This document shows positions 1-11,809 of a stretch of 64,000 nt of DNA, piece by piece. The stretch comes from Octopus sinensis (lineage: Eukaryota): assembly GCF_006345805.1 (NCBI RefSeq), contig NC_042998.1:5518001-5582000 (forward strand). The letters are read 5' to 3'. The position numbers and the translations under genes were made by a program. The notes under the pieces were generated by a model. That model did no database searches. It had not been told where the DNA came from and saw only the letters and a program-made list of their open reading frames with translations. The first letter of the stretch is position 1, and each line of letters opens with the position of its first letter.

Positions 1-1527
1 TCTATAAGATGTACCCAGTGTAAGCTATGGACACATAAGAGGTGCAGCAATGTCAAAGGTAGGCTAACTGGGAAGATAGTTTTTGTATGTGGCAGATGCT
101 CGGGAGCATTAACCTCCGAAAATCTGCAGAAAACAACTTCCGTCACTTTCCAGGGGGAAAAACTAGAAGTAGTTGATAGCTTCCGTTATCTAGGTGACCA
201 AGTCAGTAGTGGGGGTGGGTGCGCTGAAAGTGTAACTGCTAGAATAAGAATAGCCTGGGCAAAGTTTAGGGAGCTCTTACCTCTGCTGGTGACTAAAGGC
301 CTCTCGCTCAGAGTAAAAGGCAGACTGTATGATGCGTGTGTACGAACAGCCATGCTACATGGCAGCGAAACATGGGCTGTGACTGCTGAGGACATGCGTA
401 AGCTCGTGAGGAATGAAGCCAGTATGCTCCGATGGATGTGTAATGTCAGTGTACATACTCGACAGAGCGTTAGCACCTTGAGAGAAATGTTGTACCTAAG
501 AAGCATCAGTTGTGGTGTGTGCAAGAGAGACGATTGCGCTGGTATGGTCATGTGGCGAGAATGGATGAAGATAGGTGTGTGAGAAAGTGCCAATCCCTAG
601 CAGTTGAGGGAACCCGTGGAAGAGGTAGACCCAGGAAACCTGGGACGAGGTGGTGAAGCACGACCTTCGAACTTTAGGCCTCACTGAGGAAATGACCAGA
701 GACCGAGACCTTTGGAAATATTCTGTACGTGAGAAGACCAGGCAGGACAAGTGAGCCCAGCCCACTTATGAATGCCTTTCCTCCCTTGGACACAAAGACC
801 GGTTGAGGCAAGCGAAGTCGATATAGAACCTCATCCGACGACAGACACCCATCCCAACCCCCCATGCTTGCGAAGACATGTTGGGGCAATCGAAATCGAA
901 ACCGAATTGAACCAGCCAGGATCCCTGGCCTGGTGGTACGTAAAATACTCCAATGCGACCGTACGACAGGCACCCATGCCAACCCCCTTTGCTTGTGAAG
1001 ACATGTTGGGGCAAGCGAAATCGAAATCGAATTGAACCAGCCAGGATCCCTGGTCTGGTGGTACGTAAAAAGCACTATCCGACTCGTGGCCGTGGCACGT
1101 AAAATACTCCAATGCGACCGTACGACAGGCACCCTTGCCAACCCCCTTTGCTTGTGAAGACATGTTGGGGCAAGCGAAATCGAAATCGAATTGAACCAGC
1201 CAGGATCCCTGGTCTGGTGGTACGTAAAAAGCACTATCCGACTCGTGGCCGATGCCAGCACCGCCTCGACTGGCTTCCGTGCCGGTGGCACATAAAATAC
1301 ACCAATCTGACCGTGGCCGTTGCCAGCCCCGCCTGGCACCTGTGCAGGTGGCACGTAAAAAGCACCCACTACACTCACGGAGTGGTTGGCGTTAGGAAGG
1401 GCATCCAGCTGTAGAAACATTGCCAAATTAGACTGGAGCCTGGTGCAGCCTTCTGGCTTCCCAGAACCCCGGTCGAACCGTCCAACCCATGCTAGCATGG
1501 AGAACGGACGTTAAACGACGATGATGA

Positions 1528-1530
<3 letters not shown>
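1..1530 (+). mobile_element. RTE-clade LINE, 5'-truncated by window edge: RT C-terminal ORF remnant, long repetitive 3' UTR and (GAT)n tail
   Basis: Translation gives FRYLGDQVS..RIRIAWAKFRELLPLL..LYDACVRTAMLHGSETW..RRLRWYGHV..GRGRPRKTW with one frameshift near 525; stop at 752-754. The tail ends CCAACCCATGCTAGCATGGAGAACGGACGTTAAACGACGATGATGATG. Confidence 0.9.
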
Positions 1531-1572
<42 letters not shown>

Positions 1573-1578
1573 AATATA

Positions 1579-1790
1579 TAACGGGAAGGTTTACGAAAAT
1601 AAACAAAAGATGAAGGCAGGTGGAGTACAAACAAACAAATGTATTAGTATGGCGCTCAGGAATAGAAATAGAACAAGTCTTTTACGTTTCGAGCCTATGC
1701 TCTTCGACAGAAAGATATACAGAAAAGAAACAAGGAGAGAAACAAAGAGAGAAAAAAATGAGTGTAGGAGCTAACGGTCTATCATGGCAT
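1579..1790 (-). mobile_element. Short hammerhead-bearing repeat, Penelope pLTR-like (copy 1)
   Basis: Closely similar to the reverse complement of 35905-36125; carries a hammerhead fold; abuts (TA)n at 1530-1578. Confidence 0.6.
1678..1715 (-). ncRNA. Minimal type-I hammerhead ribozyme, core variant CUGUCGA
   Basis: Minus strand reads TCTTT CTGTCGA A GAGC ATAG GCTC GAAA C G T A AAAGA: stem I 5 bp, stem II 4 bp, loop-less AC/GU stem III, GUA cleavage triplet. Confidence 0.65.
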
Positions 1791-1803
1791 ACACACATAT
1801 ATA

Positions 1804-3045
1804 TTGGGTCATCCTAAAAACAATGCGGTTTTTATACTTCTTTTATTTTCAAAATTAAGATAAACAAAGTTCTTTCCTAAACTAAAATACACTCTGCTTC
1901 ATTTTCTACAATGCTTTTCCATCTATTTGGTACACTTGCAAGGCCCATCTTCCAAAAGTCACTTGTCCGTGATGAAAAACAATCCTCTATTATTGTTCTG
2001 ACCTCGTCTACAGAATTCATATCTGTTCTGTCCAAATGATTTTCAAGACTGCAGAATAAAGACTGTAATCAGATGGGGCAGTGTCTGGCGAATATGGTAG
2101 GTGAGGCATCGTTTCCCATTCAAACTGCTCCAGACTTGGGAATGTCATCCTCACTGTATGTGGCCGAGCATTATCCTGATGGAAAAATGCCTTTCGTCTT
2201 GAAACCAAAGATTGTGGCTTTTCCTCTTGCTCTGACTTCAGCCGCTCAAGCTGCTCACAGTAGATCTCCTTTGTTATTGTTTGGCTTGGATTTAAAAGTT
2301 CAGTGTACTAAACCTTTCATATCTCACCAAACAGATAACAACTCCTTATATGGGTGAAGACCTTCTTTAGCCTGGGGTTCTTTTCCCTACCCACTGTCTT
2401 CGGTGCTTGACATTTTTATAGAGATCCCATTTCTCATCACCAGTCACTATTCGGTCCAAAAACGGTTCATTTGTGAAACATAGCAGCAAAGAAGAGCACA
2501 CATTCACTCTCTGTGTATGATTAGACTCAGAAAATTTGTGAGGAACCCATTGACTCAATTTGCTAAATTTTCTGATGGCAGACAGGTATCGATGAATGGT
2601 TGAAGGATCAAATCCAAGCTTGTCTACTACTTCCTCAACAGTTACAATGGGACATCCTTATTGAGCTCTACAGATCTTCCAAGACAAGGCTCATCTTCTA
2701 GGCTGTAGTTTCCAGCTCAGAACTTCTTGAACCACCATTGACACTGGCTTTCATATATTGTCTAATCCCCGTATACTGCATTAATATTCCTCACACTTTC
2801 TGTTACATTGTTGCCTTTGAACTCTTAAAATAAAATATGCCAAATATGTTCCTTTGTCACTTCTATTATAGCTTTGAAAAACTGACTGTTAAAATTGAGC
2901 AGCACTCTTCAAAACTTGCACTAAGAATAAGGGCAAAGTAAAATTACTACCTGTTTTTATAGCAAGTTGATGCAAGTAGTTTATCCTGCCCCCTCCAACT
3001 TTTGGTTCATCCAATTGAAAAATGCATTATTTATGGATGACACAA
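1804..3045 (-). mobile_element. Full-length degenerate mariner (Tc1/mariner, DD34D) transposon
   Basis: TIRs TTGGGTCATCCTAAAAACAATGCGG and rc of AATGCATTATTTATGGATGACACAA; TA TSDs at 1802-1803 and 3046-3047. Motifs WVPHKFS, FLDRIVTGDEKW, HQDNARPH, LPYSPDTAPSDY in broken frames. Confidence 0.93.
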
Positions 3046-3064
3046 TATTTATATAAATATATAT

Positions 3065-3108
<44 letters not shown>

Positions 3109-3404
3109 GTTTCACATCCATAAAGCACTTAGCTTTACAGATCTGTTCAGACACTAGAGCATTGATGACATAATAAGATAGAATAGAACAGAAAGAGTAA
3201 GAGAGAGAAAGAGGAAAAGAGAAAAAGAGAGAGAGAGGTAGAGAGAGGAGAGAGAGAGGGAGAAAAAAGAGAGAGGCTAAACGGTTTATGGACATGAAAC
3301 CCAGGGTAACCCCATAGACTGGCCATAACTATCTTTGTCTAATTACTCTCCTGCTCTATAACTATGAGTGTGCTTCTCTTTGGGATTTTGGATTTACTAA
3401 CAGT

Positions 3405-3411
3405 ATATATA

Positions 3412-3451
<40 letters not shown>

Positions 3452-3920
3452 CGTTTGTGTGTGTATACGTTTGTGTGTCTGTGTTTGTCCCCCCAACATT
3501 GCTTGACAACCTCCCCCAAAATTTCAGGCCTTGAGTGGCTGTGTGGTAAGTAGCTTGCTTACCAAACACTTGGTTCCGGGTTCAGTCCCACTGTGTGGCA
3601 CCTTGGGCAAGTGTCTTCTACTATAGACTTGAGCCAACCAAAACCCTTGTGAGTGGATTTGGTAGACATAAACTGAAAGAAGCCCATCGTATGTATGTGT
3701 ATATATTTATATGTGTGTGTGTATTTGTGTCTGTTTGTCCCCCAACATCGCTTGACAACCGATGCTGGTGTGTTTACGTCCCCGTAAGTTAGCGGTTTGG
3801 CAAAAAGAGACCGATAGAATAAGTACTAGGCTTCCAAAGAATAAGTCCTGGGGTCGATTTGCTCGACTAAAGGCGGTGCTCCAGCATGGCCACAGTCAAA
3901 TGACTGAAACGAGTTAAAAA
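3405..3920 (+). mobile_element. S1 CORE-like tRNA SINE: a 3'-half fragment plus a chimeric near-complete copy preceded by 23 nt of S2 tail
   Basis: AGTGGCTGTGTGGTAAGTAGC head, GGTTCAGTCCC B-box, ACCTTGGGCAAGTG core, CCAGCATGGCCACAGTCAAATGACTGAAAC tail. Confidence 0.85.
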
Positions 3921-4139
3921 TGTAAAAGTATGTGTGTGCATGTGTGTATGCATGTGTGTGTATGCGTGTGTCTGTGTGTATGCATGTATGCATGTATGTG
4001 TGAGTGTGTATATGTTTGAGTCTCCATTTCTCGATGTCACATGACTGTGGTAAACGAATAATGAATGCCATATGTTGTCAATATTCTGCAAAAAGCATTT
4101 TTGGCCATTGGGGAAACATTATCTTGCTTTCAAACAAGT

Positions 4140-4530
4140 AAGTGCATCAGGCCATGAAAAGAAATCTTTGCCAATAAACTTCTGTCTGACCCATGCGAGC
4201 ATGGAAAAATGGACGTTAAAACGATGAAGAGGAAAAGGAGGATATGAAAGTAGGAGGATGAAGACGACAGCAATGTTGATGATGATGGTGGTGGTGGTGG
4301 TGGTGGTGGTGGTGGTGGTGGTGGTGGTGGTGGTGGTAATGGTGGTGGTAATGGTGGTGGTGGTGGTATTGGTGGTGATGATGATGATGATGATGATGAT
4401 GATGGTGGTTGATGGTGATGATGGTGGTGGTGGTATTGGTGGTGATGCTGGTGATGATGTGGTGGTGGTGATGATGATGATGGTGATGGTGATGCTGGTG
4501 ATGATGATGATGATGATGATGATGGTGATG
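4140..4530 (+). repeat. RTE 3'-end fragment followed by expanded (GGT)n/(GAT)n microsatellite
   Basis: ACCCATGCGAGCATGGAAAAATGGACGTTAAAACGATG matches the RTE terminus at 1485-1520. Confidence 0.75.
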
Positions 4531-5100
4531 GCTATCTTATAAAGACTGGGGCTGTCTAGCAAAGGAAACGAATGGTTCCATAAAGATGAATAATAAAATA
4601 AATACAAAAACCAAATAGAAAAAAATAAATACAAATAAAAACATATAGAAAAATAAGAACAAAAAATATAGAAAAAAGATAAATGCAAAAACAAAAAAAT
4701 ATAATACAAAAAGTATATATAAAAAAAATGAATACAAAAGATATAGAAATGGAAAAAATATTCAAGATGGTTAAATAGTAAATCATCTTTAGTATTTTCT
4801 TTTACTTTTTTATTTGTTTCCTCCTATTTAAATGTAAATCTTCCTCTTTGTAAAATTTCAAGACACAGTCTATATCATAACACCTCTTTATGCTGGTTAT
4901 AAATTATGACGAAGTGTCTACCATATTTCCCTTTCTGGAGTTCATGCTCTTTACCTAAGCAGACAGAACAAACATTGAAAATGTAAATTTCAATACAAAC
5001 TGAAAATGTCAACATAAAGCTGATAATTCAGTATCGAAAAATAAAGAAATAATCAGTCATTGCAGGATAATAACTATTTATAAATGAATTTTATGTAGAA

Positions 5101-5497
5101 CTAGCAGTATCGCCCGGCGTTGCTCGGGTTTGTAAGGGAAATAACTATATAAGCATTTTCAGAGATGTAAAGTATAATAGCCATCTCAATATGGCTAACC
5201 ACAAAGGAGGGGTGTTACTGTAGCTTTTTACATTCTGAGATTTAATAATACATTTTTAGAGAGTTACTTCCCTTATATGATAGTAAAAAATGCATTAAAA
5301 ATGGGAAACAATTATGATAATTTTTTTTTTAATCGTAGACTCATCGTAGACGCGCGCTAATACCCAGAAGGGCTCGATATGAATCACGACTATAAGATAC
5401 CCGCTTTTGGTTAAACTGCACCGCAAAATGTGGGAGTAGTTAGGAATCTAAATCTTAGGAGACAGACAGCACACAACTTCTCTTTTATATATAAAGA
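5101..5497 (-). mobile_element. Non-autonomous Helitron (397 bp)
   Basis: Minus strand starts A|TCTTTATATATAAAAG and ends with hairpin CCCGAGCAACGCCGGG then CGATACTG-CTAG|T. AT target, no TSD. Confidence 0.85.
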
Positions 5498-5529
5498 TAT
5501 GATAGAATAAGTTGTTGTCATGGCTGATG

Positions 5530-6275
5530 ACAGTACAGCCTGATTGGCACCCATGCCAGTGGCACGTAAAAAGGACCATCTGAGCGTGATCGTTGCCAGT
5601 ACTTACTTGTACTTGTGACGGTGTTCACTCAAGGGGGGTTGAGCCGGTTTCTTCTCTGGTCCTAACGGCATCACGAACCATGGTGGCCCACGCTTGACGG
5701 TCCTGTGCGGGGTCACTGGAGATAGCGAGCCATTCGCGGTTTCATCTGCGCAGACCGACCACCTGCGGACCTGAGAGTTCGGAGAGGTCCTCCGTTATCG
5801 TCGTTGCCCAGGTCTTCAGCTGCCCGCCTGTGCGTTTGCGCCAGCTGGGAAGTGGAGGTCGGAGGAAGAAATCGCGAATCAGCTCACCCTCTGGACGCCG
5901 GGCCGCATGACCGAACCACCTTAAGCGCCGTTGCCAGTGCCAGCTGACTGGGTCCCATATCTGTGGAACATAAAAAGCACTATTCAAGCATGGTTGATGC
6001 CAGTGCTGCCTGACTTGTTCCGTGCCAGTGGCATCTAAAAAGGTACCATTTGAGCATAGTTATTGCCAGTGCTGCCTGACTGGCCCTTGTGTCGGTGACA
6101 CATAAAAAGCACCCACTACACTCTCAGAGCGGTTGGCATTAGAAAGGGCGAGCATCCAGCTGTAGAAACTTTGCCAGATCGAATTGGAGCCTGGTGCAGC
6201 CTTCTGGCTTGCCAGTCCACAGTCAAACCGTCCAACCCATACCAGCATGGAAAGCAGACGTTAAGCGACGACGAC

Positions 6276-6311
<36 letters not shown>

Positions 6312-6325
6312 GATGATGAAGATGA

Positions 6326-6406
<81 letters not shown>

Positions 6407-6432
6407 CGATGATGATGATGACGACGATGATA

Positions 6433-6463
<31 letters not shown>

Positions 6464-6465
6464 CG
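5530..6465 (+). mobile_element. RTE 3' UTR fragment (same family as 755-1530) with ~200 bp (GAT)n tail
   Basis: Repeated GGCACGTAAAAAG motifs; GTTGGCATTAGAAAGGGC; CCAACCCATACCAGCATGGAAAGCAGACGTTAA then (GAT)n. Confidence 0.8.
5601..5928 (-). mobile_element. Nested 3' fragment of a second RTE-clade LINE
   Basis: RRLRWFGHAARRPEGELIRD..WRKRTGGQLKTWATT; tail CAAGTACAAGTAAGT; 10-bp TSD CGTTGCCAGT at 5591-5600 and 5929-5938. Confidence 0.85.
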
Positions 6466-6644
6466 TAATGTGTAACACAAGAAGTGTAAATTCACGACCT
6501 TTTCTACTTATTCTTTATCTCAGAATGTTTCAATCTAATTTTGTGCATAATTTTAAGCTTGAAGAATTTACAACACTACCCTGTCTTGATCTCTGCAATT
6601 TTCTGGCAATTTCTGATTCTTTCTTCTCATACAAATACATACCT

Positions 6645-7025
6645 ATGTGTGTGGTGGGGGGGTGCATGTGTGTGTGTGTGTGTATGTATGTGTGTGTGTG
6701 CATGTGTGTGTGTGGGTGTGTGCATATGTGCGTGTGTGTGTGCTTGCATGAGTGTCTGTATACATATATAAACATATATGTGTGTGTGTGTGTGTATATG
6801 TATGTATATATGTATATTTATACATATATGTATATATGCATGTATGTATATGTGTATGAGTGTGTAGAAATATATATATATATATATGTGTGTGTATGTG
6901 TGTGTGTATGTATAAATGTGTATGTAAATACATATGCACACACATATACATATTAATATATGTATATATGCACATATATGTATATATGCAAATATATATA
7001 TACATATATGTATATATTTATATAC

Positions 7026-7056
<31 letters not shown>

Positions 7057-7250
7057 CAGACATATGTATATAATATGCTCAAACTCATTCACACCCACAC
7101 ATACACACACCCCACATACACACACCCCACATACACACACCCCACATACACACACACCCCACATACACACACACCCCACATACACACACCCCACATACAC
7201 ACACCCCATGTACACACACATATGCATACACACACATACACACACGCATA
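6645..7250. repeat. Compound (TG)/(TA)/(CA) microsatellite with a CACATACACACACCC-type minisatellite
   Basis: Direct reading of sequence. Confidence 0.95.
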
Positions 7251-7644
7251 TATTCCTTGAATCATTTTATTTTTCCAATCCCAGTTTTGACTTCCTCTGA
7301 CCTCTGTGTCAAATCTGAAACAAATTTCCAAAAAAACGTCATCTTGGAAATCTAAATATGTAAATTTCTTACATTTCATTTTACAATATGCCACACTGTT
7401 CTCTTCTTCCATAATAATTCCATTCCTATCAACTACTTATTACAGAAATACAAATTTGCCATTGTACTTGACTGGGACTTTATTTTTATCAACTTCAAAA
7501 TAATGAAAAGCAAAGTTGTCTACATTGAGATTTGAACTCGCAACACAAAGCTCCATAAATAAATGCTGCAATCCAAAACATTTAATCTAGATTAAGCAGG
7601 CCTCTAATCTACCATACCACAATTCATGTTACTATTATTGTTGT

Positions 7645-7880
7645 ATCAATTTTTAAATGGTTGTCACAGTACTGCATTTTTCCATTTCTCTTGTAGAGAT
7701 GGACAATAGAAGCATCCCTGAACTCCTGAGAAACAATCTTCCTCTTGGAATATGGTCTGAAAGAGTTTGGTGAGCTTTTGTACCAGAGTGGTTCCTCACT
7801 GCTTTGTATATTTCTGGTCCTCTTTTGAGCTGTTCTGCCAAGCACTTACACACTGCTGAGGAGAGTGCAGGTCAGGTGGG
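7645..7880 (-). mobile_element. RTE/BovB-like LINE RT fragment
   Basis: SQEFRDASIVHLYKRNGKMQYCDNH resembles the BovB-type RT N-terminal motif. Confidence 0.7.
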
Positions 7881-7916
7881 CATGCTACTTTTTTTTAATG
7901 CCTGACACATGACATA

Positions 7917-8325
7917 GGTGTAGGAGTGGCTGTGTGGTAAGTAGCTTGCTTACAAACCACATGGTTCTGGTTTCAGTCCCACTGTGTGGCACCTTGGGTA
8001 AGTGTTTTCTACTTTAGCCTCGGGCCGACCAAAGCCTTGTGAGTGGATTTGGTAGACGGAAACCGAAAGAAGCCCGTCTTATATATGTATATATATATGT
8101 GTGTGTGTATGTGTTTGTGTGGTATCTGTGTTTGTCCCCCAAACGTCGCTTGACAACCGATGCCGGTGCGTTTACGACTCCGTAACTTAGCGGTTCAGCA
8201 AAAGAGGCCAACAGAATAAGTACTAGGCTTACAAAGAATAAGTCCTGGGGTCGATTTGCTCGACTAAAGGCGGCGCTCCAGCATGGCCACAGTGAAATGA
8301 CTGAAACAAGTAAAAGAGTAAAGAG
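7917..8325 (+). mobile_element. S1 SINE, full length
   Basis: GGTGTAGGAGTGGCTGTGTGG head to GTAAAAGAGTAAAGAG tail. Confidence 0.9.
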
Positions 8326-8329
8326 TGAA

Positions 8330-8895
8330 TGCACTTCCTGAGGAAGGGTCCTGCAAGATGAATACATCTACGGCACAGTTTCGTATCAATGATATGGTGA
8401 AACTTTTTTAAAATTCGATTGCTCAACTAAAGGCGGTGCTCCAGCATGGCCACAGTGAAATGACTGAAACAAGTAAAAGAAGTAAAAGAGTAAAGAGTAA
8501 AGAGTATGACTACCCAACCGACTGTTTTTGCAGTAAACTGGCTGAAGGTGGGCAGATAAAGCGCTTCAAAGACGTACTCAAAGCTTCACTGAAGTACTTA
8601 AGGATCAACTCTGACACCTGGGAAATACGAGCAGAGGACTACCCTGCTAGGCATAGCAGCAGCGGCAACAGAGATACCACAAACAGAATAGGATCGCAGG
8701 AGCAGAGAGAAAACGTGAGCTGCACACATGTCCAGAGCCAGCTCTTTGCGTTCATTACCAGCACACCACCAGAGCTCAACCTGCAACAGAACCTTCCGAG
8801 CAAGCATCGGCCTGATGAGACACTGACAAATATACCATGAACCTTTTTCTCCGATGTTATATCCTGGTCATCGTCGACAATGACAGATGCACATT
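8330..8895 (+). mobile_element. RTE/BovB-like LINE 3' end, interrupted by an S1 tail fragment (~8415-8505)
   Basis: GGQIKRFKDVLKASLKYLRINSDTWE and a terminal zinc-finger-like FRASIGLMRH in another frame. Confidence 0.7.
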
Positions 8896-8948
<53 letters not shown>

Positions 8949-8950
8949 CA

Positions 8951-9285
8951 TTGAGTGAGAGAGCAGTTCATACCATCAAAGTGACACTGGGGTAAAATAT
9001 ACGAAGCCCAGTATACCCATCATGACTACCCGTCTGATAAGGGCACACCAGGCACATACATCACAACCATATGTGCGCGACATGGTGATCTCATATCAAG
9101 ATAAACAGCATATGACCTTGCAGGTGGGGCCCAGTTAGAATTTTCTTCTGGTCGAGTAACCCATCCCACTCGAAAGGTCCCTGAATAAGGATTGTTTAAG
9201 AATGTTGAACGAACCACCCATGTTTCCAAAGGTGAATTATCCAAACCTCTAAGAATTCCTTTCAACACACGGCTATGATGCTCCC
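8951..9285 (-). mobile_element. (ATT)n-embedded non-autonomous element, 5'-truncated (copy 1)
   Basis: Flanked by (ATT)n on both sides; homologous to 10056-10392, 54672-55043 and 60588-60996. Confidence 0.8.
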
Positions 9286-9336
9286 ATATATTATTATTAT
9301 TATTATTATTATATTATTATTATATTATTATTATTA

Positions 9337-9967
9337 TTCAGTAGTTTTATTTTTATTTTTATAGCGTGCTTTCACTTCACTACGAGCGCAGCTCTGTGTG
9401 CCTTGGGTATGTGCTGTGATTTGTTGTGATGCTCTGATGGTTATTGTATGGAAAGTGTTCTGCGTAGGATGTGTGCAGTGCCTAGTAGTGCAATTTTCTG
9501 TATGTTATAGTGTTTGTAAGTCCTGGTGTTTTTGTTATGTATTTGTCTGAATATTTTTTATCATGCCTAATGCACCTACTATGATAGGAAATGGTTTCTG
9601 TTTTCAGATTCCACATTCTAGTTACCTCTATTTCCAGGTCTTTGTATTTTGAGAGTTTCTCCATTTCTTTTAGAGACACGTTGTCATCTGCCGGTACTGA
9701 TACATCAATTAGAAAGCATTTTTTTTCTTCATGGTCTCTGACAACTATATTGGTCTTTGGCCTTAATTTCTCTATCTGTGTGTATCGGCATATCCCAGAG
9801 TATGGTTGCTTTCTCGTTTTCTGTGACCTTTTCTGGGGTGTGCCTATACCATCTTTTTTCTGTTGTTATTCCATAATGTTGGCATAGCTTCCAATGTATG
9901 TAAGTTCCAACTCTGTCATGTCTGTGAATATATTCCTTAGTTCCAACTCTGTCATGTCTGTGAATAT
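9337..9967 (-). mobile_element. Dong/R4-clade LINE 3' fragment (RLE endonuclease plus 3' UTR)
   Basis: RPD-type RLE region then FLIDVSVPADDNVSLKEMEKLSKYKDLEIEVTRMWNLK; the 3' end abuts (AAT)n. Confidence 0.9.
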
Positions 9968-10055
9968 ATATATATTATTATTATTATTATTATTATATTA
10001 TTATTATTACCAGTATTATTATTATTATATATTATTATTATTATTATTATTATTA

Positions 10056-10391
10056 TTGAGTGAGAGAGCAGTGCATGCCATCTAAGTGACACTGGGGTAA
10101 AATATACGAAGCCCAGTATACCCATCATGACTACCCGTCTGATAAGGGTACACCAGGCACATGCATCACAACCATATGTGCGCGACATGGTGATCTCATA
10201 TCAAGATAAACAGCATATGACCTTGCAGGTGGGGCCAAGTTAGAATTTTCTTCTGGTCGAGTAACCCATCCCACTCGAAAGGTCCCTGAATAAGGATTGT
10301 TTAAGAATGTTGAACGAACCACCCATGTTTCCAAAGGTGAATTATCCAAACCTCTAAGAATTCCTTTCAACACACGGCTATGATGCTCCCC

Positions 10392-10392
<1 letters not shown>
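10056..10392 (-). mobile_element. (ATT)n-embedded non-autonomous element (copy 2)
   Basis: Near-identical to 8951-9285 with essentially the same truncation point. Confidence 0.8.
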
Positions 10393-10433
<41 letters not shown>

Positions 10434-10453
10434 CATTATTATTATTATTATTA

Positions 10454-10495
<42 letters not shown>

Positions 10496-10497
10496 TA

Positions 10498-10950
10498 TTC
10501 AGTAGTTTTATTTTTATAGCGTGCTTTCACTTCACTACCGAGCGCAGCTCTGTGTGCCTTGGTATGTGCTGTGATGGTTATTGTAGGAAAGTGTTCTGCG
10601 TAGGATGTGTGCAGTGCCTAGTTATTATTATTATTATTATTATTATTCAGTAGTTTTATTTTTATAGAGTGCTTTCACTTCACTACCGAGCACAGCTCTT
10701 GTGCCTTGGGTATGTGCTGTGATTTGTTGTGATGCTCTGATGGTTATTGTATGGAAAGTGTTCTGCGTAGGATGTGTGCAGTGCCTAGTAGTGCAATTTT
10801 CTGTATGTTATATGTGTTTGTAAGTCCTGGTGTTTTTGTTATGTATTTGTCTGAATATTTTTTTATCATGCCTAATGCACCTATTATGATAGGAATTGTT
10901 TCTGTTTTCAGATTCCACATTCTAGTTACCTCTATTTCCAGGTCTTCCTC
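10498..10950 (-). mobile_element. Two stacked Dong/R4 3' fragments separated by (ATT)n
   Basis: EDLEIEVTRMWNLKTETIPIIIGALGMIKKY..LLGTAHILRRTLSIQ*; the 3' UTR occurs twice (10498-10620 and from 10646). Confidence 0.88.
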
Positions 10951-11028
<78 letters not shown>

Positions 11029-11351
11029 CATCATCATTATTATTATATTTACATATTCCAATTATTTTCTTATGTTAAGTGCGTTAATATTAATATAATT
11101 AATGAGGCAAATTACTTAGCTATTCTATTTACAATACAATAGTAAAAGTAAGTACTAACATATTAACATCACAAGCAAAATAATTTTAGTTAATTGCATT
11201 GTCAATTGAACATAATTTCTTTGCTCACTACCTAAATATATATTAGTATCTATTCATACATTGTACTTCATGTAGCTGACACTTCTAGGTAATTTATCAG
11301 TCCTAATGCTAATTGTCACAATTCATGCTATATTTCTTGCACATATATATA

Positions 11352-11721
11352 TCTATTATATAAAAGCCGTTCTGTCTGTCCATCTGTGTGTCTTCTAAGA
11401 TCTCGGGTATCCTCCATCCGATTACGCTCAAATTTGATATGTAGATACCGACGGTATCAGGGCGTGTATAAGTCTTGAAAAAATTACAAAGATCGATTCC
11501 AGGTGAAAATGCGATCGATAAAGAGAATAAAATCATTTTTCTTTGGAATAGAAAAAAGTCTATCTTTATTTCTTTTTTTTTGCTGGTGTCTCAAATTTAG
11601 GTTAAATCAGTGTTTCTCAAAGGGGAGGCCTATGGAAATGTCGGACAAGTTGTTTTGAGAAAATTTGGTTCAAATGTTTGACAACTCAGCACCGTCCATT
11701 GGACGGGGAACGTTTTGCTTG
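11352..11721 (+). mobile_element. Non-autonomous Helitron-like element (second family)
   Basis: A|TCTATTATATAAAAGCC start; terminal hairpin CCGTCC-ATT-GGACGG then CTTG|T (CTAG variant). Confidence 0.7.
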
Positions 11722-11809
11722 TGTATATATATATATATATATAAAATTAACAGAATGAGATTTAAAAAATCCTAGGCTGTGAAAGATTTCAGAATATTAT
11801 AAAGAGAAG

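Noticed and set aside
6171-6956. 261-aa acidic ORF and other poly-D, H, S, I or M ORFs in the track
   Set aside because: Translations of (GAT)n, (ATT)n and (CA)n microsatellites.
8806-8835. Hammerhead at CTGATGAG
   Set aside because: No stem II or GAAA follows; it is the GLMRH codons of an RTE tail.
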